From an uncultured Thermoleophilia bacterium (lineage in GTDB: Bacteria; Actinomycetota; Thermoleophilia; Solirubrobacterales; 70-9), in NCBI GenBank assembly GCA_963708325.1, contig OY970203.1, forward strand, positions 2,172,642-2,236,641: DNA of 64,000 bases, given 5' to 3'. The translations under genes and the position numbers were made by a program. The notes beneath the pieces were generated by a model. The model made no database searches and was not told where the DNA came from. It was given only the letters and a program-made list of their open reading frames with translations. Every line of letters begins with the position of its first letter. Positions within the stretch are counted from its first letter, which is position 1. This document shows positions 1 to 7,637 of this stretch, piece by piece.

Positions 1-415
1 GTGATCCAGCAGCGCAGATCGCTTCCACCTGCCGGCGTAGCTTGGGAATGTCTTCATCGCGAAGCGCCGGGTTGATCTTCTTGCCGACCTCGCGCAGCTT
101 TCGCTCGTACTCGTCGAAGAGCGGGGCTGAGCCGATCGCGACCCAGTCGTCGGGCGTTCCGTGGGGAAGCAGCTCTTCCAGAGCCGCCTTCCGATCGGCC
201 GCGAGCGCTCTGCGGTCCTTCGCCCGATCGAGGCCCATGACGCGCCCCCCGGAGTCCTCGGCCTGCTTGGCGAGGTCATCAATCTCGAGCTGACCATGCT
301 CGACCTCGTATGAGACCGCCCCATACGCCAAGAGCACGAAAAACTTGCGCGTGAGCCCCCCAGGGCTCAACGTGGCTGGGAGGGACACACTCGTATCGAC
401 GACGACGAAAGGCAT
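1..415 (-). CDS. PIN-domain protein, putative toxin (partial; the 3' end runs off the window)
   Basis: Reverse-strand frame starts at an ATG (complement of 413-415) and is still open at base 1, so it is absent from the ORF track. It begins MPFVVVDTSVSLPA, the beta-strand plus Asp opening typical of PIN nucleases. It lies 43 nt downstream of an HTH gene on the same strand. Confidence 0.55.
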   Translation of the reverse strand, partial: MPFVVVDTSVSLPATLSPGGLTRKFFVLLAYGAVSYEVEHGQLEIDDLAKQAEDSGGRVMGLDRAKDRRALAADRKAALEELLPHGTPDDWVAIGSAPLFDEYERKLREVGKKINPALRDEDIPKLRRQVEAICAAGS

Positions 416-458
416 GTGGCCACGCAGCGTACGAGCGCGTGCCGATGTTTCAGTCGGA

Positions 459-722
459 CTATGTCGCTGCCGAGCGGATCTGCTCTTCGGTGACTCCCTG
501 GTAGCGCTCGTCGAGCTCCTTGAGCTCCTTCGCCAGGTCATAGTTCCCGCGGAGCGAAGCGAGTAGCGCGCCCTGCGGGATCCGATATCCGCCGCTCGGC
601 AACTCGACATAGGGAATTCGCTCCGCCTCAATCCAGCGGCGGATGGTCCTATCGCTCACGCTAAGCAGGCTTGCAGCCTGGGCGACAGTCAGCAGCTGAG
701 GTTGCGCGGCAGTGATCGCCAT
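459..722 (-). CDS. Excisionase/MerR-family helix-turn-helix DNA-binding protein (putative antitoxin or regulator)
   Basis: 87 aa. LLTVAQAASLLSVSDRTIRRWIEAERIPYVELPSGGYRIP is the classic excisionase-type HTH signature. It sits upstream of the PIN gene. Confidence 0.75.
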   Translation of the reverse strand: MAITAAQPQLLTVAQAASLLSVSDRTIRRWIEAERIPYVELPSGGYRIPQGALLASLRGNYDLAKELKELDERYQGVTEEQIRSAAT

Positions 723-829
723 AGGTGCTCCAGTCTGGGGAACAGTATCGGCATATCCAGCATCTAAGTCAAGTCGGACAGAATGGACATTTTGTGGATA
801 TCATGGTCGATGGTATACCAGAACGGCCT

Positions 830-936
830 TTTCGACCGTCGGGCTAGCTGTCGAAAGCCCGCCTTGACAGTATCCAGCGCGTCTGTCAGCATTAGACGCA
901 TTCCGGTATGACATCTCTACAAACACACATAGGAGG
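830..936 (+). promoter_or_regulatory. Candidate promoter/operator and RBS of the Ubl-E2-JAB-E1 operon
   Basis: Lies in an AT-richer 220-bp divergent intergenic region. Elements seen: TTGACA at 864-869; inverted repeat TGACAG(865-870)/CTGTCA(883-888) overlapping it; a second inverted repeat TTTCGAC(830-836)/GTCGAAA(850-856); AGGAGG at 931-936, 6 nt before the ATG at 943. Confidence 0.35.
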
Positions 937-942
937 CCGCTG

Positions 943-1419
943 ATGCCCAAGGTTCTCGTCCATAGCGAGGGGTCGGCCGAAGTAGCCCTGCACGATCTCG
1001 GTCCTGAGGAGACTGCCGCCGACCTGATCGGCTCGGTCAATGTGGAGCTCGAGGACTACGCCGTCTGGGTCGGTGAGGAGGACGCCCCCGTCGATCCTGA
1101 TACGACCCTCGCCGCGCTCGACGCTGTCACCGATGGGGCGGAGATCACGGTCGCCCGTAAGGGCGAGATCCGCGTCACCGTGACCTACAACGGCGACAAG
1201 GAGCGCGACTTCCAGCCCCAGCAGAAGGTCCGCCGCGTCTTCGAGTGGGCAGTCGGCAAGGACGGGTTCAACATCCCCGGCGACCAGCGCCCGGAGCACG
1301 AGCTCGCGGTAGCGGGCCACGAGGAGGCGGCAGACCCGAAGGCGCCGGTGAGCTTCTACGCCGATGCCGAGCGCAAAGTGACGTTCATCCTCCGCCGCAA
1401 GGATGGGTTCCAGGGTTGA
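943..1419 (+). CDS. bilA: Ubiquitin-like protein with tandem beta-grasp (multiubiquitin / ISG15-like), BilA-like
   Basis: 158 aa, made of two consecutive halves of about 75-80 aa. The ORF ends ...RRKDGFQG-stop, leaving an exposed C-terminal Gly. It has a strong RBS and is the first gene of the coupled Ubl-E2-JAB-E1 unit. Confidence 0.7.
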   Translation: MPKVLVHSEGSAEVALHDLGPEETAADLIGSVNVELEDYAVWVGEEDAPVDPDTTLAALDAVTDGAEITVARKGEIRVTVTYNGDKERDFQPQQKVRRVFEWAVGKDGFNIPGDQRPEHELAVAGHEEAADPKAPVSFYADAERKVTFILRRKDGFQG

Positions 1420-1916
1420 GCGAGCAGCCGGAGAAGGACATCGCCCGCAGGCACTCCGAGCGTCGGCTCCGCGACGATCTCGCAGCGGCGCCGGTGCAGG
1501 TCGGCGTCCTGCGCGGGCAGTGGCGGATCGAGCGGCTCGAGTGGCCCTACCTCCATGTGACCGTGGCCGCCTCGGAGCGCGCAACGCGGGAGCTGGCCCT
1601 CGGGCTGCGCGTCGACGTGAGTGACTACCCGTCCGTGCCGACCGCCTCGCCCTGGGACATCGACGCGGACTGCCTGCTGCCCGGCGAGCGCCGGCCGACT
1701 GGGGGGCGTGCCACGATGGCTTTCCGCGCCGACTGGGAGGAGGGCCGCGCCCTTTATCTCCCGGTCGACCGGGTCGCGCTGACCGGGCACCCGGACTGGC
1801 CGCGCCAGTACGCCCGGCATACGTGGGATCCCGAGCGCGGCATCGTGGTGCTTCTCACCCTGGTCTACGAGATCCTCAACGAGGCCGACGATGCGGCTGC
1901 CATGGAAGCCGCCTGA
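1416..1916 (+). CDS. bilB: E2-like ubiquitin-conjugating enzyme, BilB-like
   Basis: The TTG start at 1416 overlaps the bilA stop (TTGA); the track's 1245 start would overlap bilA by 175 nt. Features: N-terminal helix RRHSERRLRDDLAAAP, a YPSVP motif, and a single Cys in SPWDIDADCLLPG. An alternative GTG start lies at 1494. Confidence 0.65.
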   Translation: MSEQPEKDIARRHSERRLRDDLAAAPVQVGVLRGQWRIERLEWPYLHVTVAASERATRELALGLRVDVSDYPSVPTASPWDIDADCLLPGERRPTGGRATMAFRADWEEGRALYLPVDRVALTGHPDWPRQYARHTWDPERGIVVLLTLVYEILNEADDAAAMEAA

Positions 1917-2373
1917 GCGCCTGCTGATCACTCCCGCCCTCTGGACGCGGCTGATCGCCGAGCTCGCAGAGCGCGGGGAGGGGCGCCGCGAGTCCGGCGC
2001 TTTCTTGCTCGGACGCCCCGGCGCCCGCCGCATCGAGGAGGCCCTCTACTTCGACGACCTCGACCCGCGCTCGCTGAAGGGCAGCATCCACCTCCGCGGC
2101 CCAGCCTTCTCTAGGCTCTGGGAGCACTGCTCGAGCCACGGACTGCGGGCACTCGCCGACGTTCACACACATCCCGGCCCGTGGGTCGCCCAGAGTCCGA
2201 CCGACCGTCGCTACCCGCTCGTCGCCCAGCGCGGGCACGTTGCGCTGATCGTGCCGCGGTTCGCACTGGACGGCGCCGCACCGAGCCGGATCGGCTTTCA
2301 CCGCTACGACGGCGAGTCGGGCTGGACCTCCTTCTTCGGCCGTGCGGCCGCCCGCCGCCTCCGCTTGAGATGA
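1891..2373 (+). CDS. bilC: JAB/MPN (JAMM) metallopeptidase, deubiquitinase-like, BilC-like
   Basis: Complete JAMM signature: Glu in RRESGAFLLG, then VHTHPGPWVAQSPTD (H-x-H-x7-S-x2-D). It overlaps the E2 gene by 26 nt. Confidence 0.85.
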   Translation: MRLPWKPPERLLITPALWTRLIAELAERGEGRRESGAFLLGRPGARRIEEALYFDDLDPRSLKGSIHLRGPAFSRLWEHCSSHGLRALADVHTHPGPWVAQSPTDRRYPLVAQRGHVALIVPRFALDGAAPSRIGFHRYDGESGWTSFFGRAAARRLRLR

Positions 2374-3761
2374 CCGTCGCGCACAACAGCCCGGTGGGCG
2401 GCGCCGACCGGCTTGCGAAGCTCTTCGTCGACCTGCAGGAGGAGCCCGACCAGGACGCCGCCGCGGAGCGCCTGCGCCGGACGCCGGTGCAGTTGGTGAT
2501 CGGCCGCGACGTCCCGGCCTCGGAGACGTTGCAGGTCGTGGCCGTCGCAGTGGTCGCCACCGGGAGCCGCGCGTTCCCCGCCGGATTGAACGTTGTGCTC
2601 GCCGGCGATGGGCCCATCCGGCTCGGCCGGGCTACCGGCTCGCTTTCCAGGATCTTGATCCGCGAGGGCGCGACGCTGGGGTCGCTCGATCTCGCGTTGC
2701 CCACGGTCGTTGTCGGCGACCCCGGCGAGGAAGTCGCGTCCGACCTCGAACGCTCGGAACTCGTCCTGCGCGCCGTCCCGCGGCGCTGGGCCGGCGGCGT
2801 AGTGCCGCTCGCGACGGAGGCGCCCCGGGTGGCGTCCGGTCAAATCGGCGCCGCGCTGGCCGGCGGCCTCGCCATCAGCGAGCTCTTCCATTCGATCCAC
2901 GAACTGCTGCCTCTCGCCGGCCGCCGGACGAGCGGCTTCTCGCTCTGGGATCCGAAGGTGGACTGGAGCGCTCCGGAGGCGATCGGGCCGCAGCTCCAGC
3001 TGCTGCCAAGCGAGCTCTGGCTCCTCGGTCTGGGCCATCTCGGGCAGGCGCTGGCCTGGCTGCTGCGGTTCCTCCCGTGGTCGGAGCCGGAGAAGGCGAG
3101 TGTCTACCTCCAGGACGACGACATCGCCAAGGAGGAGAACCTCACCACCTCCATACTCACCTCGACGGATCAGCTCCGTCGGCAGAAGACCAGGGTCGTG
3201 GCCGACGCGTTGGAGGATGTGGGTATGAGAACCCGCCTCGTCGAGCGCCGCTTCGTGGCTGGGCAGGCTCGGCAGCCGGGGGAGCCGGCGTGTGCGATCG
3301 CCGGCTTCGACACGCCACAGGCTCGCCAGTCGCTGGACGACGGTGGATGGTCGCACCTGATCGACATGGGGATCGGCGCTGGGGCGCACAGCTTCACCCA
3401 GCTAATCGTCCATCGGCTTGGCGGGCGGCGCAGCTCCCGCGAGATCTTCGAGATCCGGCCCGATGACCGCGCCCAGCGCCTCGTCGAGAACGTGCCCGCC
3501 TATCGAGCTCGCGCCGAGGAAGACGGCGATCCCTGCGGGGCCCTGGAGGTGGCAGGCGAGGCGGTCGGCACCGCCTTTGTCGGCTTGGTCACCGCTGCGG
3601 TCTCGCTGGCCGAGGTGCTCCGGCCGCTCCACGAGGGCTTTTCCTCGGAGCTTGTCGTCGCCGACCTACGCGAGCCCGCGGACCTCGAGCTCGTCGTCCG
3701 GGAGGGCGAGCCGGCGGGCGTCGCCGCGGTGACTCCGGCGCGGGCGCCGCGCGAGGCATAG
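2370..3761 (+). CDS. bilD: E1-like ThiF-family adenylyltransferase, BilD-like
   Basis: The ATG at 2370 overlaps the JAB stop (ATGA); the track's 2181 start is an upstream extension. Features: Rossmann motif LLGLGHLGQALAWLL, then YLQDDDIAKEENL and RRQKTRV as in ThiF/MoeB/E1. The N-terminal ~190 aa has no nucleotide-binding motif. Confidence 0.75.
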   Translation: MTVAHNSPVGGADRLAKLFVDLQEEPDQDAAAERLRRTPVQLVIGRDVPASETLQVVAVAVVATGSRAFPAGLNVVLAGDGPIRLGRATGSLSRILIREGATLGSLDLALPTVVVGDPGEEVASDLERSELVLRAVPRRWAGGVVPLATEAPRVASGQIGAALAGGLAISELFHSIHELLPLAGRRTSGFSLWDPKVDWSAPEAIGPQLQLLPSELWLLGLGHLGQALAWLLRFLPWSEPEKASVYLQDDDIAKEENLTTSILTSTDQLRRQKTRVVADALEDVGMRTRLVERRFVAGQARQPGEPACAIAGFDTPQARQSLDDGGWSHLIDMGIGAGAHSFTQLIVHRLGGRRSSREIFEIRPDDRAQRLVENVPAYRARAEEDGDPCGALEVAGEAVGTAFVGLVTAAVSLAEVLRPLHEGFSSELVVADLREPADLELVVREGEPAGVAAVTPARAPREA

Positions 3762-3801
3762 GAGCTGGCCGAATGGACGATGGCGACGCCTCCGAGCTAC
3801 C

Positions 3802-4197
3802 ATGCATAATCTTGACAGCGTGCCTGACGCTTCCTCCCATGCGTTGGCGCAGTTCTCCGCGGTCGCGCAGCGCGCCCTCGGGGAGGCTCTACGCCAAGCG
3901 CGCACCGAGCGCGATCTGACCCAGGCGGAGGTCGCTGGGCGAGCGCGTATCTCGCGCGGCTCGGTGGCCAACATAGAGCGCGGTGAGCAGAGCGTCTCCA
4001 TCGCCCTGCTCCTGCGCCTCGCCGCCGCTATCGGCGTCGATGGGGCGGCCTTGGTCAATGAGCTGCCGCGCCCTGACCTCGAGGCGGTCGCCGCCGAGCT
4101 GCCAGAGAGCCTCCGCGAGCAGGTCGAGGACTTCGACGAGCGCCAGACCGCCTGGATCGCGAGCGTCGTCGGTACCACGGAAAAGGAGCCAGCGTGA
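3802..4197 (+). CDS. XRE-family helix-turn-helix transcriptional regulator
   Basis: 131 aa. LTQAEVAGRARISRGSVANIERGEQSVSIALLLRLAAAIGV is a Cro/CI-type HTH. It lies 40 nt downstream of the E1 gene and overlaps the next gene. Confidence 0.85.
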   Translation: MHNLDSVPDASSHALAQFSAVAQRALGEALRQARTERDLTQAEVAGRARISRGSVANIERGEQSVSIALLLRLAAAIGVDGAALVNELPRPDLEAVAAELPESLREQVEDFDERQTAWIASVVGTTEKEPA

Positions 4198-4742
4198 GCA
4201 GCTACAAGCAGGAGCAGGCCGAGCAGGCCGCGACCGAGCTGCTCGCGGAGTTCGGCTTCGAAGAGCCGCCGATCGACGTCGAGGAAGTCGCGAAGAGGCT
4301 TGGCGCGCACATCGAGCGCCGGCCGCACAGCCCCGAGATTTCCGGTCTGCTGTACCGCGACCCCGACGCCGACGGAGAGCGCATCGTGATCGGCGTGAAC
4401 GACGACGACGCTTCGGTGCGTCAGCGTTTCACAATCGCGCACGAGCTCGGCCACCTCCGGCTCAACCACGACGAGCAGCTCTTCGTTGACCATGACCTGC
4501 GCGTCAACCTGCGCGCTCCGAAGCTGCACAGCCATGGCGGCGTCGACGAGCGCCAGGCGAACTGGTTTGCCGCCGCGGTGCTGATGCCCGAGGGCATGGT
4601 GCACCGCATCGCCACCGAGCTCTCGGAGGGCCGACGCCCCTCCGATGAAACCTTGATCTCACTGGTGGCCGAACGATTCGCCGTAAGCCGACAAGCAATG
4701 GGCTACCGGCTGCTTAACCTCGGGCTGCTCAGCGGGCTATAG
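4194..4742 (+). CDS. ImmA/IrrE-family zinc metallopeptidase
   Basis: 182 aa. HEXXH motif in FTIAHELGHLRLNH, followed by ANWFAAAVLMP, as in ImmA/IrrE. The GTG start overlaps the XRE stop (GTGA). Confidence 0.8.
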   Translation: MSSYKQEQAEQAATELLAEFGFEEPPIDVEEVAKRLGAHIERRPHSPEISGLLYRDPDADGERIVIGVNDDDASVRQRFTIAHELGHLRLNHDEQLFVDHDLRVNLRAPKLHSHGGVDERQANWFAAAVLMPEGMVHRIATELSEGRRPSDETLISLVAERFAVSRQAMGYRLLNLGLLSGL

Positions 4743-4809
4743 GCCGTCGGAGGGCGGGTTTGCTGGACGATCGACGGAAGCGCTTCCGTGAAACCTCAGC
4801 CTCCCGGCG

Positions 4810-5076
4810 CTACATCGCTCCGCCCTGCCGCGTGGCACGGACCAGGGCGATGCGATCGGCTTCGAGCACCGTGAAGCGCCCGGTCGAGCCGGACCCCTCG
4901 GCGCGGGTCGTGCCGACTGTCTGATCCGAGTAGATGGCAACGACCGACCGCCACGCGCCATGCGCGGTTCTCACTTCCACGCCATGGCCGGACTGGATCA
5001 GAGCTCGGATACGGGCCAGAGTTCCAGCACTGCCGGCCCGCTCCTGCGCGTACGAGCGATCGCGCGTTTCTCCCAC
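4810..5076 (-). CDS. Hypothetical protein downstream of res
   Basis: 88-aa ORF on the same strand, 53 nt after the res stop. No recognisable motif, and coding status is uncertain. Confidence 0.3.
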   Translation of the reverse strand: MGETRDRSYAQERAGSAGTLARIRALIQSGHGVEVRTAHGAWRSVVAIYSDQTVGTTRAEGSGSTGRFTVLEADRIALVRATRQGGAM

Positions 5077-5129
5077 ATGGACATCAAGCCCGGAGGGGCG
5101 ACCGTTCGCCCCCTTAACACGCGTCGTCG

Positions 5130-7637
5130 CTAGGCGAGCGCGCCCTGAAGCCCGGACACGAACCCAGCCAACTCCCCGGCCCGCACGGCGTCGAAGAAGC
5201 CGTCGTAGTCGCTCGGGCTCAAGAAGTGGAACTGGTAGCGGCGGTCCGCTCCCTCCGCCTCCAGGTACCGGTTCACGACCTCGAAGTGGTCACGCGCCGC
5301 CTCGAGCTTGCCCACGTTGATCGGCGAGTCGTCGCTGTCCGCCTTCGTTTCAACGACGACTACCTCGTCCTTCTCCGCCGGCCAGATGAAGAAGTCGGGG
5401 TTGAACTCGCCGGCCTTGCGCTTTGACTCGGGGGTCTTCTTGTACGAGAACTCGATCGTGTAGAAGCCGGTATCGGGCGCCTTCACCCACGACCGGATGG
5501 TCTCGGCGTTTTCCTTGTCCAGCAGAGCCGAGACGAACGCCTGCTCGGGATGATGGGAGGTGAGGACGAGGTTGACCGGGGACTTGAAGAGGTACGAGTT
5601 CGAGACCTTGATTAGCCAGGTCGGGACCGTGATCTCCTCGGCCTTCCTGAGCGCCGCCGCGTCGTCCTCAGTCCCGAGCTTCGCGCTCTCCTCGTCGTAG
5701 AAGAGCCCGAGATGCGATGTGAGTCCCGAGATCCGCCCCTTGACCGGGCGCATCTCCGCTGTGTTCACGATGTCGAGGCCGATGGGCTTGCGCTTGAGCT
5801 CGGCGCCGGGACGCTTTGTCTTCTGCTGGAGAGAGCCGAAGGCCGAGAGGATCAGCTGCCGATTCTCCTGCGTCACTTCGGTGCCGTCGAGCTTGAGGCG
5901 CTTGAGCGCATCCACGATGAGCCGTTCGACGCGCTTCTTCGGGTAGGCGGCTGCGAGCTTGGTGCCCAGCCGCTTGTCGGCGTCGCGCAGGCGCTCACGC
6001 ACGTCCGCGACGACGTCTGAGACCGGATAGCGCTTGTGGACGACCCGGGTCGTCAGGTCGACGCGCCCGGACCCAGTTGCCGAGACGAACGTCGTCGTCT
6101 CATCGTGGTCCCGCTGCGGCCGCAGCTTGATCCTCTCGATGTCAACCGGCTTCTCGACCTTCCTGGCCTTCATCCCGGTTGGAACGGCGTCGAACTCCAG
6201 GTTGTGAAGCTCAAAGTGGGGCGCGTCGCGGCCATCCGTCGGGCGCTGAGAGATCGTGGTCTCGACATCGAGGACCTCGGCAACGAGCTCTTCGATCTCG
6301 GGGCCCCAGCGCTCGTGGTTGAAGACGTAGACGATCGGCTGTTCGGCAACGCTGGGCGGCCGGCGCAGCCCCCGACCGAGGACCTGCGAGATCAGCAGCT
6401 TCGAGTTGAAGGCCCGTTTCTCGTGCGGGTAGATCTGGAAGACGTTGGCGACGTCCCAGCCCTCGCTGAGCATGGCGACCGAGACGATCCACTCCGCCGG
6501 GTTGTCGAGCGCGTCGACCGACTTGAGCTTTACGAGGTTCGACTTGTGCTCGTCCGAGGAGGTGACCACCAGAACGCGGGCGTCTGCCTCTTCCTTCCCG
6601 CCCTTGAGCCGCTCTGTCAGAAACTCGACCAGCGCCGCCGCGAGCTCGTTCGCGGCCTTGATGCTCTGCGTCACCGCAATCGTCAGCGGCTTCATGCCGG
6701 CATGTTTGTGCGCCTTGCGGTTCTTCTCGTGCTGGGCAAGGAGCTTCTGAAAGCGCTCCTCGTCAGTCGAGGAGTCGTCCTTGTCGAGGTAGAAGACCTC
6801 CTTGACGAAAGCATCGTCGATCGCCTGGCGGATCGGGTAGCGGTAAACGACGTCGGAGAAGTAGTCGTTGCCCTGGTAGCAGGTCCCCGAGCCGCCGACG
6901 AGGTAGCGAAAGCCGTACTCCTCATCACCGAGGAACTCTCGCCAGGTCCTCCCCGTCGTGGAGTAGGCGTGGTGTACCTCGTCGGAGATCACAAGCGTTC
7001 GATCACCCCGGCCGACGAACGAGTCAGCGATCGAGGAGCTCGTGCGCTCGTAGGTGGCGTGGATGTTCTCGATGCAGATCTCGCCCTCCTTCACCGTCGA
7101 CATCGCGTCCACGATGTCGGGGATGCGAATGCCCTCCCGGTTGGGTAGCAAGTCACCGAGGTCGCTGTTGGCGACCAGCGCGTTGAACTTCTCTTTGAGA
7201 CCGTCCTCGATCGTCAGCGAGGGGCAGAGGACGAGGACGCGATCGACATGACCCTCGTTGAGGAGGATCCGGGCTATCGCGTGGTAGACGAAACTCTTGC
7301 CCGTAGCGGTGGCCATGTCAAGCGTGCAGGCAAGGCGGTCGCGGAATGGGAGCCGCTCGATCAGCCGGGCTGCGCTTGGATAGCGGCGCTGGAGGTCTGC
7401 TGATGTCTCGTAGGACGTCCGCGCGAGATCCTCGGTCGACTCGTACTCGCCGCCGCAGAGGAAGCGGACGGCGGTCTCGATCGCCTCTCGCTGGAAGGTG
7501 CGACCCCGTGTCACCTCCTCGATGAACTCGTCGTACTCGCTCAGGTCGAGACGCTTCGGATCGACTGTCTCCGAGACCTGGAGGACGAGCTGGTCGGCCG
7601 AGAACTGGTCGACCGAGAGCTTCGCCGAGAGCTTCAT
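5130..7637 (-). CDS. res: Type III restriction enzyme, Res subunit (SF2 helicase plus PD-ExK nuclease)
   Basis: 835 aa. Walker A-like [13 protein letters not shown]-box variant ISDEVHHAY, and a C-terminal PD...ExK (NPDFFIW...VVVVETKAD). The start overlaps the mod stop (ATGA). Confidence 0.85.
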   Translation of the reverse strand: MKLSAKLSVDQFSADQLVLQVSETVDPKRLDLSEYDEFIEEVTRGRTFQREAIETAVRFLCGGEYESTEDLARTSYETSADLQRRYPSAARLIERLPFRDRLACTLDMATATGKSFVYHAIARILLNEGHVDRVLVLCPSLTIEDGLKEKFNALVANSDLGDLLPNREGIRIPDIVDAMSTVKEGEICIENIHATYERTSSSIADSFVGRGDRTLVISDEVHHAYSTTGRTWREFLGDEEYGFRYLVGGSGTCYQGNDYFSDVVYRYPIRQAIDDAFVKEVFYLDKDDSSTDEERFQKLLAQHEKNRKAHKHAGMKPLTIAVTQSIKAANELAAALVEFLTERLKGGKEEADARVLVVTSSDEHKSNLVKLKSVDALDNPAEWIVSVAMLSEGWDVANVFQIYPHEKRAFNSKLLISQVLGRGLRRPPSVAEQPIVYVFNHERWGPEIEELVAEVLDVETTISQRPTDGRDAPHFELHNLEFDAVPTGMKARKVEKPVDIERIKLRPQRDHDETTTFVSATGSGRVDLTTRVVHKRYPVSDVVADVRERLRDADKRLGTKLAAAYPKKRVERLIVDALKRLKLDGTEVTQENRQLILSAFGSLQQKTKRPGAELKRKPIGLDIVNTAEMRPVKGRISGLTSHLGLFYDEESAKLGTEDDAAALRKAEEITVPTWLIKVSNSYLFKSPVNLVLTSHHPEQAFVSALLDKENAETIRSWVKAPDTGFYTIEFSYKKTPESKRKAGEFNPDFFIWPAEKDEVVVVETKADSDDSPINVGKLEAARDHFEVVNRYLEAEGADRRYQFHFLSPSDYDGFFDAVRAGELAGFVSGLQGALA

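Noticed and set aside
892-1584. 230-aa reverse-strand ORF covering bilA and the start of the E2 gene
   Set aside because: It is antisense to two well-supported genes. It has extreme Arg/Ala/Gly/Pro composition typical of off-frame reading in high-GC DNA, and no RBS or motif.
2304-3389. 361-aa reverse-strand ORF inside the E1 gene
   Set aside because: It is antisense to the ThiF-motif frame, has low-complexity Arg/Pro/Gly-rich composition, and no recognisable domain.
3666-4604. 312-aa reverse ORF across the XRE and ImmA genes
   Set aside because: It is antisense to two genes with clear HTH and HEXXH motifs, and it has no motif of its own.
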